Positions 45,901-57,900 of a DNA stretch of 64,000 nt are shown here, piece after piece. Numbering within the stretch: position 1 is the stretch's first letter; every line of letters begins with the position of its first letter. Position numbers and translations under genes: made by a program. A model generated the notes under the pieces. It was not told the DNA's origin and searched no databases. It was given only the letters and a program-made list of their open reading frames with translations. Source of the DNA: Antedon mediterranea (Eukaryota; Animalia; Echinodermata); contig NC_092677.1 in assembly GCF_964355755.1 (NCBI RefSeq), forward strand, positions 10,004,101 through 10,068,100. Direction: 5' to 3'.

Positions 45901-48900
45901 TTCTTAGACTTTGCCACTATTCACCTCGAGGCTGGTGAACGTCCAGAAGATTTGTATCAACGACTATTGGCATTTGCTGACGATAATTTGCTACGCACTG
46001 GAGGCGGAATTAATCATCACGGCGTCGCGATCACAGAGGATGAAGAAATGACACCTACTGTGGAGAACTTTATTGTGTTAACCTGGTTATCCCTTATCCA
46101 TAAAGACCTCCCGCGTCTAGTCAAGCAACGATATGGAACTGATCTGCGAGATCGTACCCTGGCGACAATAAAGCCCGAAATTTCGCAAGCGATGGATTCC
46201 CTTTTCGATGAATTGCGTGCTACAGAAGACACACGCGCAATGCATACTTTCGCAACACCTCCCACGGTCAACTATCAACACGCTTCTCGCACGTCTCGTA
46301 ATACTACTAGTCATATTCGTCGACAGCTAAAGTCTTGTCCTCTTTGCAAACAGGCTGGTCGAAAGCATGACACCCACTTTCTCAGTGGATGCATTCACTT
46401 ACCTGAACAGGACCGGAAGTACATGGTCAGGGCTAGACAGGTCATCGGAATCATTGAAGGTATCGAGGAGACTGACGTTAGCGATGACGCCAGTTTAGCA
46501 GATAACCAGACAGAACAGGCTGCACTACGCGTGCAGATCAGACAGTCGCCCTATCTCGACGTTTTCCACAATCACCACACGGCACGTATTACTATCGACA
46601 GTGGTGCCACCGGCAATATGATCTCCCTTGCCGCAGCGACAGCCCTATCGGCCGAAATTAGAGAATCATCTCAATCAGCCCACCAAGCAGATGGCTCATC
46701 TCCATTAAAGGTTGTCGGCGAGACAACAATTACATTTTCCCGCAACCATATTGAACTTCTCTTTGACGGCCTCGTAGTCGAACGACTCGATGTGGATATT
46801 CTGGCAGGCACACCCTTTATGGAAAACAATGACATCGCCATTCGTCCAGCGACCTGAAGATGCGGGTATTCAAGTAGAATATTTAAACCCATCATTCTTA
46901 GTAAAGAAAGACAGCGGAGGATTCCGCCTTGTAACCGCCTTTGCGGATGTCGGTCGATACGCGAAACCTCAGCCTTCACTAATGCCCGACGTAAACTCTG
47001 TACTTCGTCATATCGCTAGGTGGAAGTACATTATCTCTACAGACCTCACTAAGGCATTTTATCAGATACCGCTTTCACGCGAATCGATGAAGTACTGCGG
47101 AGTGGCCACGCCCTTCAGAGGAATCCGTGTATACGCCAGGTCTGCTATGGGAATGCCGGGATCTGAAACAGCGCTGGAGGAACTAACCTGCCGCGTCTTA
47201 GGAGAGCTTCTCTCTGAAGGCGTCATTGCCAAGATTGCAGACGATCTCTACTGCGGAGGAGACACCCTAGATGAGTTACTTTGCAACTGGCGCCGACTGC
47301 TGTCCGAACTTTATAGATGCGGCCTCAGTCTCTCAGCAAGTAAAACATTTATCTGCCCAAAAACTACCAAATACTCGGGTGGACATGGTCCCTTGGCACG
47401 TTAAGAGCCAATCCACATCGTATTTCGACGCTCGCTACGTGTTCTCCCCCTAAGACTGTAAAGGGCCTCCGATCGTTCATTGGGGCGTATAAAGTGCTCG
47501 CACGGGTTATCCCCAACTGCGCTTCCATCCTCACACCTTTAGACGATGCTGTGGCTGGCCGACAGTCCCAAGACAAAATCACGTGGTGTGATGCCCTTTG
47601 TGAAGATTTTTAGACTGCTCAAAAGTTGCTCACAACCAGCCAAACAATCACGTTACCCCATCCAGATGACCAGCTTTGGATAGTCACTGATGGTTCAGTA
47701 AAAAGACACGGAATTGGGGCAACACTATACATTAGGCGAGACGATAGTCTGCGGATCTCCGGATTCTTTAGTGCCAAACTTAGAGCTCGACAGCTTACGT
47801 GGCTCCCGTGTGAGATCGAAGCCCTGGCAATCGCTGTCGCAGTTACCGTATTTTCCGGAGTATAGGTCGAGACTTTGTGGGAAAATTTTAATTGCAAAAT
47901 CGGGGGTCGACTTATACTCCGACCATGCGATTTTTGAAAAAAATCAAGCCGAAAAAATTCGTTCAAAAGCCGTCAGCTGTCAAGGCCTAGCAAGGTCAGT
48001 GGCCTATCATCAATCACTCACAGGAGTTTTCAATTTAATAATACCTACATTGTACAAAATAATACAACTCCAACAAGTACTGGTACAAGTACTATTAATA
48101 TATAACAAAGATTAATTTTGATGTTTATATTACGCTTTTATTAAAATAATTAAGAATAAATAGTTTTCGTTTGTGTTTCATATGCTTCGTATTCACTCGC
48201 GAAAACATCGTAACACACACCACAAAACGAACTACACGATGTGGAAGGATCTAAATCTCCCTACTCCAATCCAGGAGATCTTCTACGCATGTGTAGATAT
48301 TTACTACGTCATCATATATGTATCGTATTTTACTTGCGGTCCGGCCATGCAGTATTTACTCACACGTCGCTTATTTTATACCGTATTACAGTACTTAAAT
48401 ATAATGTATATCGCTTTCCCAGACATCCCACAGCTATATAGGTTAATATACATGGAATTAAAGTGTAGGCCTACCAAACATTTTTGAAAAAGATATTTAT
48501 ATTAGATATCATAATCGGGTTATGTTTATGCTGTAGGAAAAAGGAGAATCAACGTAAACGAATACTTAATCTATGCCTACTATGATTCCGGTAAATCCAC
48601 TGTACATAGCCGTATACCTGCCCTGACGTATGACAAATAAGACATTTATTATTTGTCATCCTTCAGGGCAGGTATTGTATGATTCCACTGTACATAGCCG
48701 TATACCTGCCCTGACGTATGACAAATAAGACATTTATTATTTTTCATCCTTCAGGACAGGTATTGTATGATTCCACTGTACATAGTCGTAGGCCTATACC
48801 TGCCCTGACGTATGACAAATAAGATATTTATTATTTGTCATCCTTCAGGGCAGGTATTGTATGATTCCACTGTACATAGCCGTATACCTGCCCTGACGTC

Positions 48901-51900
48901 TGACAAATAAGACATTTATTATTTGTCATCCTTCAGGGCATGTATTGTATGATTCCACTGTACATAGCCGTATACCTGCCCTGACGTATGACAAATAAGA
49001 CATTTATTATTTGTCATCCTTCAGGGCAGGTATTGTATGATTCCACTGTACATAGCCGTATACCTGCCCTGACGTATGACAAATAAAACATTTATTATTT
49101 GTCATCCTTCAGGGCAGGTATTGTATGGTTCCACTGTACATAGCCGTTTCCTACAGGCCCACACAATGCACACCTGGTTGGTGAAAAAAAAAGTAATGTT
49201 TTTTCAATACTATTATGCCTCAAAATACATAGGCCTAATATAGACATTGTAGGCCTACAATGGAATTGTATATTGAACGTGAATGAAGTAAAAAGTGAAA
49301 CAAATTGCAATCTGGTACTTTCCCCGCTGTTTGTAAATATGAGGCCTGCTGCAGTAAAGCATTCGTACGTATTTATATATATATTTTTCCAGTACCATAG
49401 ACTGTTTGTCTATATATATATATTAATGGCAATCTTGTATTGACTATACTATGTAGGCACTATAGATTAGTAAAAACGTAAGTTTTACGACGATTTGATT
49501 CAAATATATTGGATCATTAAAAAGAAATTCTTATTTTTCAACATTAGATTGAATATTTTTACTTTCTTTTATTTACAGTTTTGTATTTTAAAAATAAAAT
49601 GTATGTAATAATACATTCATTTAGAACATCACATTTTCTGTTTGGCTGATTCTTCATTTAGGTAGGCCTACATGGTATTAGACCGGGCGCCCGGAAGATT
49701 TATTCATGTGAAAAGATACAAAAGGTTTGATGATGTAGTAAGGTGCGTATTATGGCGAGATGCAATATTCGACATTGCTGCCGGGTCACAGCCTGTACAT
49801 TGGGCCTGTGGGGATCATAACATAGGGGGGTAAAAATGCATTTATTCATGTGAAGCAATACAAGGATAAACTTTGTTGGATATCATTCGTAGTGGGCTAC
49901 TAATGATTACATCACCAATGACAGCAACTTTATCCTGTACGGGGCGCCAAACAGCAACATTTTAGGGCCACGCCCAAATGGGTTTATTCATGTGAAGCGA
50001 TACAAGGTTGAATCTTTTTTTAATGGCAGCAGTACATATTGGGGATGACAAAAACACCAATGACAGCAACTTTATCCTGTACATAAGCTCAGACAGCAGC
50101 CCTAAAGGTCCGCAGTTTCCCCCTATTCGGCTATATACTCGGCGCGTCGTCCTATGGCGTTCAGCTGAGTTAGAAATACGTACTCGGACTGACAATAAAT
50201 ACACAGTAGAATGCTAAAACAATAAATAAAGAGAGCAGTTGTTTCCTGTACCAAATCATCAAACATCAAACTCTTAGGAACTCGCCCAAAATGGGTTTAT
50301 CCATGAAGTATGTAATCATTTTTGAAAAAAAATGGTTTTTTTTCTTCACTTTATTCGGTACCGTACCCAACAGCTCATATACCCGAGGCTCCATTCGTGA
50401 TCAACAATGTTGATAATACAAACACATTCACGATAACGAGTGACTTTTATTTTATAATTGAAATAATATATCTTTATTTTAGAATAATAAATAAAACACT
50501 TAAAATAACCAACAGCAGATTTGTATTTTAGGGTAACATTTTGAACAATCAATATTATATCAAAATCATTATTTCGATCAAAATAATATAATTTAAGAAT
50601 ATTTTTCAGATAAACTAAATAATTACACTCATAGTGATCGACACCGGTACCGATTATTGTACATAATTATTATAACTCGATTTAAATATTGTTTTAATTA
50701 CACACGAGACACTAGTGATGTATATATGAAAAAAGGCAACAAAATCTAAATTTGCAACATTTTTTAACATAACATAACATAACATAATAGTAAAGTAAAT
50801 AATAGTTCGAATTCAACATAATCACTTAGAGAATTGGTAAGGTATAGATTAGACTATCGATATCTTATTTGTCATACGTCAGGGCAGGTATACGACTATG
50901 TACAGTGGAATCATACAATCAACCTGCCCTGAAGGATGACAAATAATAAATATCTTATTTGTCATACGTCAGGGCAGGTATACGACTATGTACAGTGGAA
51001 TCATACAATACCTGCCCTGAAGGATGACAAATAATCAATATCTTATTTGTCATACGTCAGGGCAGGTATACGACTATGTACAGTGGAATCATACAATACC
51101 TGCCCTGAAGGATGACAAATAATAAATATCTTATTTGTCATACGTCAGGGCAGGTATACGACTATGTACAGTGGAATCATATACAATACCTGCCCTGAAG
51201 GATGACAAATAATAAATGTCTTATTTGTCATACGTCAGGGCAGGTATACGACTATGTACAGTGGAATCATACAATACCTGCCCTGAAGGATGACAAATAA
51301 TAAATGTCTTATTTGTCATACGTCAGGGCAGGTATACGGCTATGTACAGTGGAATCATACAATACCTGCCCTGAAGGCTGACAAATAATAAATGTCTTAT
51401 TTGTCATACGTCAGGGCAGGTATACGACTATGTACAGTGGAATCATACAATACCTGCCCTGAAGGATGACAAATAATAAATGTCTTATTTGTCATACGTC
51501 AGGGCAGGTATACGGCTATGTACAGTGGAATCATACAATACCTGTCCTGAAGGATGACAAATAATAAATGTCTTATTTGTCATACGTCAGGGCAGGTATA
51601 CGACTATGTACAGTGGAACAATACCATACCTGCCCTGAAGGATGACAAATAATCAATATCTTATTTGTCATACGTCAGGGCAGGTATACGGCTATGTACA
51701 GTGGAATCATACAATACCTGCCCTGAAGGATGACAAATAATAAATGTCTTATTTGTCATACGTCAGGGCAGTTATACGGCTATGTACAGTGGAATCATAC
51801 AATACCTGCCCTGAAGGATGACAAATAATAAATATCTTATTTGTCATACGTCAGGGCAGGTATACGACTATGTACAGTGGAATCATATACAATACCTGCC

Positions 51901-54900
51901 CTGAAGGATGACAAATAATAAATGTCTTATTTGTCATACGTCAGGGCAGGTATACGACTATGTACAGTGGAATCATACGTACCTGCCCTGAAGGATGACA
52001 AATAATAAATGTCTTATTTGTCATACGTCAGGGCAGGTATACGGCTATGTACAGTGGAATCATACAATACCTGCCCTGAAGGCTGACAAATAATAAATGT
52101 CTTATTTGTCATACGTCAGGGCAGGTATACGACTATGTACAGTGGAATCATACAATAACCTGCCCTGAAGGATGACAAATAATAAATGTCTTATTTGTCA
52201 TACGTCAGGGCAGGTATACGGCTATGTACAGTGGAATCATACAATACCTGTCCTGAAGGATGACAAATATTAAATGTCTTATTTGTCATACGTCAGGGCA
52301 GGTATACGACTATGTACAGTGGAACCATACCATACCTGCCCTGAAGGATGACAAATAATCAATATATTATTTGTCATTACTCCATGGTACAGTGGAATCA
52401 TACAATCCTGCCCTGAAGGATGACAAATAATAAAATAATGTTGTCTTATTTGTCATACGTCAGGGCAGGTATACGGCTATGTACAGTGGAATCATACAAT
52501 ACCTGCCCTGAAGGATGACAAATAATAAATGTCATGTAATTTCATAATTTCATGTGTATTAGCCTATATAGCTGAGGAGGATGGTCTGGGAAAGCGATAT
52601 ACATTTAAGTAATACGGTAGAAAATAGCGAAGTACGAGTAAAATACTACATGGCCGGACCGCAAGTAAAATACGATATATATATGATGACGTACTAGATA
52701 TCTACACATGCGTAGAAGAACTCCTGGATTGGAGTAGGGAGATTTAGATCCTTCCCACGATGTTGGAATGTCCATGCAGCATGTTTGTTATTGCGCGATA
52801 TTTTCATCTATACACATGCGCAGTTTGTTTGTTTGTTCGTAATTACAATTACTGCGCATGTCTATTCATAAAATAAATTCTCCTCAGTCCGGCGCGTGTA
52901 CATTTACAGATAACGCGATTTACAACTACTCGCCTGTACAATTTAATAAGCCTCCTAACGAAAAACTCGTTTTAATTTATTCGAGTGACGCGAAAAAACA
53001 TCGCTGATGGCAAGTACTGTAACGCTACATCGCTGTCATTTATTATAGGCTGGCGAAGACGGCGGCGAAGCCGTTGTGATTACGTCCGTCCGATATTGAT
53101 TAGGCCTACACTTTAATAATTGTATAAACAAACAACCACATTTCATACATTTCTAGCCTTCTTTGAACTTTAAAGTAAGTTGTGTTATTAGCCGATTTTG
53201 GAGGTCGACTTATATTCAGGTCATACCAAAATCAACGATATTCGGCGCTAGTTCCGTTTCGCACCTGTCGTTTATTTCGACTCAAAATTGGTTAAGTAAC
53301 TTTATCGTGAGTACCACACCTTAGAATTAGGCCTCAAAAATATTTTTACAAAGGAGATCACACAAAAAGTAAAAAATAAATCCTTTAAATTGATGAATTT
53401 ACAGACGTGTTTCTCGCACATCGGTTCGTGAATTTCGCATACTCAATGTTCAATGTTGTTGTTTCTATGGAGCGCCAAAAGAGCAATCATAATAGAGGGC
53501 TAAAAACTCAATAAATTGCGTATATTTAATGCATTTATTGGTGAAAATTACGTTCAATTTTATCATATTCTGTCAATGTCAATGCAACAAAAATATTACT
53601 GTTGATACTGTACATGGTTTTTGCAGGAACTTTTAGGAATGAAAATCGACAAATTCATCATCATATTACATGTACTGTAGGGGTATACCTGATCTAAATA
53701 ATATTCCTCTTAGTCTTACTATAGTCTTAGGTCTAGGGTTGGTTGCTATTTGAAAACAGCAAATTATTAGCAGTAAAATGTTACAGCATTTTTATTGACA
53801 AAATATATTAAAATTAAACGTGTATTTCAATAATAAATGCATTAAAAGAAGACGCATTCCACTGAGTTTTTAACCATCTATTGTTGTTTGCTCTTTTGGC
53901 GCTCCATAGAAACGAAAATATTGAACTTCGAGTATGCTAAATTCGCGAACGGTATGCGAGAAACATGTCTGTAAAATCATCAATATAAGGATTTATTAGT
54001 TAGTTTTTATGTGATTCTTCTTCATAAAAGTACTTATGAGGCCCAATTTTAAGGTGTGGTATTCACAATAAGTTGCTTAACAATTTGGAGTCAAAAGGAA
54101 GTCGAAATAAAAACAGGTGCGAAACGGAACTAGCGCCCGATATTCTAGGTCAAAGTTGGGGGTCGACTTATACTTGGGGTCGACCTATACTCCGGAAAAT
54201 ACGGTAAGCATTTTAGTCCATATAGTCCAGTCCCTAAGGGGAGAAAAAGGGGTGGGATGTTACCAGACTGGATACAAATTTTTCAATATAGCAGTTTGGT
54301 AGAGTATAGTGTGGAGATGCCAAAACAAAGTTACTGGAAATCTGATTTGACCTCTGTGACCTCTGACCTCAATTTTTATATTTTTCTATTATATAACTAA
54401 AAATCGCCATACCTTGACAACGCATGGACATTTTACATTAATTTTTTTTTCAAAATGCTTGGAAGATATATATTTATATTCGCTATAATGAAAAAAATTG
54501 TACAAAAATGGCCGCAAAGGCTTTATTTTTCAGTTTGACCTTTGACCTTGATTGCCTAATATCTCAATAACACGCAATTTCAGAGATTTGAGAATGGGCC
54601 CAAAATGTTAAGAAAATAAATCTAATATTTAGTCTAATAGAAACTTTTTTCAAAAAATTACCATAAATTAAGCTTTCTTGACCCTTGACCTAAAATGTTT
54701 GAATATGTCAATATCTCGGTAACTATTTTTCCTAAAAAGTTCAGTTTGGTGTCAAATTGTTTAGAATATACACATTTATATTTGCTCTAACAAAATATTT
54801 TGTCAGAATTCAATTGGAAATGTCATTTTGAGCTATGACCCATCCGTTTTGCATATATTTAGCAATTAATAATCTATAAAAAGAGATCGAGAGAGGGGAG

Positions 54901-57900
54901 GGGGTTGGGGTGGATGGAGAGACACATTTTTTTTACATGTTACACAAATGTTAAACTCTGTCTGCACTATAACATTTTTATGCGACACAAAAATGTGATG
55001 TGCCCATATATGGACACGATGAATGACATATCACTACCATATTTGGGCACATCACACCTTTTTTGTTAAACTAGTTTATAGTGTAGACAAACATGTAAAA
55101 AATATGTGTCTCTCCATCATCCCAACCACCTCCCCCTCTCTCGCTTTTCCAATGCTACTGCATGCATCTATACACATCAAAATGGCCGGAATTGTACTGG
55201 AAAGTTTTTAGCTACATTTGAAAATAAGTCCCAGAGGATGGGTGTATTGTAATGTTATCAGAATTATGGCAATTGTTTGTAATGGGAAAGTTTTAAAACT
55301 ACATTTGAAATATTTGCTTATAATATCACATGCTATTAAAGATATACTTATTTTCCCCCTGACAAAAGCATTTGACAAATATTTTTGTTGAATATGCAAT
55401 TTTAATGTCACACATAATAGTTTCACCAAAAATTGGATTGAAAAAAATGATATAGTGCATACCCAAAAAAACTGTAATTCAAAGCAAAAAATAGGCTGGA
55501 AGTCAATGTGATTTTGGTTAAATTAACTGTTTATTGTGTCTTTAAAGTGATATTTACTCTATTTTTTAGATTAGCTCTTTGATTAAACACCTCTTCCAAT
55601 GCAGTGAAGATCTTAAGTGTCGCCTTGTCTTACTAATCTTCCTTAACTTCTCTTTGAACGATCGTAATCAATATTTGTTGAGGTATAATATTTCCCTCAA
55701 ATGCTTTCTGATAATCTCTAAATCAAAGATTTGGTGATATTCATTTTCTTTTTATTTTAGTTGATTGACAAACTGTATAAGATGGTCCTACAAAGCCATA
55801 TATATTGGTTTATTTACTTCTAGTTGGTCTCTGATTTTGTTTTTTGATTACTTTTGTAAATTATTTGTGTACATGTGATAATGTTCGTTTGGTCGGTAAT
55901 GGTTGATGTCAGTTTTGTCATGTTTTTGTTGATTAAAGTATAATTATCATTGCTTCTCTTCATTTCTTCTGGTTTCAAAGATGTTGTTGTATAGTGTTAT
56001 GAGCTGGATGTGTTATTGCCTGATCAAGCCAAGATGGTAATTTTGACTGCTCACTGGTTTGATTTCCTTTTATATTCCACTAAAGTATGTTCTTGAAAAG
56101 AAATCAGCTTTGTAATTAATTTGTCTTTGATCCTTTTCAGATTTCTAATATTTTAAACATATGTTTTTCTTTTCTTCGCTTTTTCCTCACTGTTTCAAAC
56201 ATTTTATTTTTTCAGCATACTTCACGCAATGAATTGATAATTAGGTCATATGTTTTATGAGTATCAAATCGCATTGGTTAATTCTTCTTTTCTTTCTTTA
56301 AGATCTTGATTTTCTTTTTTTTTTTAATGTTATTTAACTTTAAGTTTATCTAATTTTTTGTTGATATTAAGTGTTGCTCTTACGGTGTAGGCCTACCATG
56401 CGATGGAATTTTATATATTGAAATTAAATTAAACATAAAGTTTTAAGAAAATTGTAAAAGGCTAAATAGGATATTGAAGGTAGTTCTGGTCCATTAAATC
56501 TATATTTTAGGTATATTATTATAAGTATGACACACGCACGCTTTACAGTATATCCTGGTTATACCTCAAACTGGCATTTCCAGTAAAAATATGATAACAT
56601 CTTCTATTAGAGCTAATATAAATTCTGAACATTTTGACACCAAGTTGAACTTTTTATGACATTTGGTTACAGAGATACAGACATATTTAAACATTAAAGG
56701 TCAAAGGTCAGTAAATGACATTTCCTGTGAATTAGGAAGAACATGTTTAATTAGAGTATATATAAATATGTATGCTCTTAACAATTTGAAACAAATTTCA
56801 AGAAATTTTGACCAGTAGTTATTGAGATATAGTAAGCCGAGGTCAAAGGTCAAAACATTGAGAAATTACATTTCCGGTTGTTTTTTTTGAAAAAAGTTCT
56901 ATTAGAGCGAATATAAATATGTACCCTCTGATCTATTTGACACCAATATTATTTCAATTGTCAAACCCGTTGCGGAGATATAGATGTTTAAGATAGAAAT
57001 ATAAAAATTGAGGTCAGAGGTCACAGAGGTCAAATCAGATTTCCAGTAACTTTGTTTTGGTATCTCCATATCATGTTCTATCAACATGCCAAAGGGCACA
57101 CGTGTATCCACTATGGTAACATCATTTCCCCTTAGGGACCGGACTAATATGTTGTTCAATCTACTAAACGAGCTTGTGTTTTAACTGACAGTAAACCGTG
57201 CGTGCAGGCTTTTGGAAAGCTTTGTCGGGGTGAATTTTCCGTGAGCCCCAGAGTATCAACTTTCCTGTCCTCTGCTAGCCGATACCAGGTTTCCGTTCGA
57301 CACCTAGCTGGTTCCGCGAATGTTCCCTCAGACTTTGCAAGCCGCAATGCTCCTGAATGCATTGATGCCAATTGCCAGGTATGTTCCTTTGTTCAGCGCT
57401 CTGAGGAATCAGTTGTACTCAGAATCGCTTCACACGATTTCATCACAGGTCAATCCAAGTTGCCCTTCACAAGTAGTATAGGTCCGCATGGCTTTCACTA
57501 CAATCTGAATGCCCTGATTTACGTAGGGTACACGCCCACTTAATCCAAGGTACGCGTCCTTCTAAAAAGGTTACCGATAAGAGAGATGTCAAACGCTACC
57601 TCGCTGTCGCATCACTTAGCAAAGACAACCTTCTCGTGTCTCTCGTTCATGAGCCACTTGCTCCTCCACGAGAAAGAATTATTGTTCCACGCCCGTTTTT
57701 GCATGGCCTGCTTACTGCCATACACATCCGATTAGACCACCCGACTTGTCACCAACTCAAACAAATGGCACATCGATATTTTTATGCCCTCGACATGGAT
57801 AAATCGATCGAAGTCACCACCTCATCTTGCCACCAATGCGCCACCCTTCGCCGAATTCCTAAGGCCTCTATCGATCAGTCGGCTGGCGACCCACCGGAAA

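Larger units (their letters stand above)
48243..52755. mobile_element. Foldback element (4.5 kb) with long modular TIRs and 8-bp TSD (MULE/FB- or Merlin-like)
   Basis: TSD CACGATGT at 48235-48242 and 52756-52763. Outer TIR about 215 bp (GGAAGGATCTAAATCTCCC...). The inner TIRs are 88-bp arrays in opposite orientations. Confidence 0.9.
47846..54204. mobile_element. pogo/Tigger-like non-autonomous element (~0.94 kb without its two nested inserts)
   Basis: TA|CCGTATTTTCCGGAGTATAGGTCGA ... TCGACCTATACTCCGGAAAATACGG|TA, with sub-terminal GGGGTCGACTTATA motifs. It splits the RNase H codons AV|KHFSPY. Confidence 0.92.

Noticed and set aside
50860-52534. Palindromic repeat array as a CRISPR array
   Set aside because: The units are contiguous and near-identical with no unique spacers. 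There are no cas genes, the context is eukaryotic, and the array is part of a foldback TIR.
55560-56340. Purine-rich minus-strand stretch in the Academ-like element as a transposase remnant
   Set aside because: No ORF of 60 aa or more and no recognisable Academ motifs. It may be decayed cargo, but that is unsupported.
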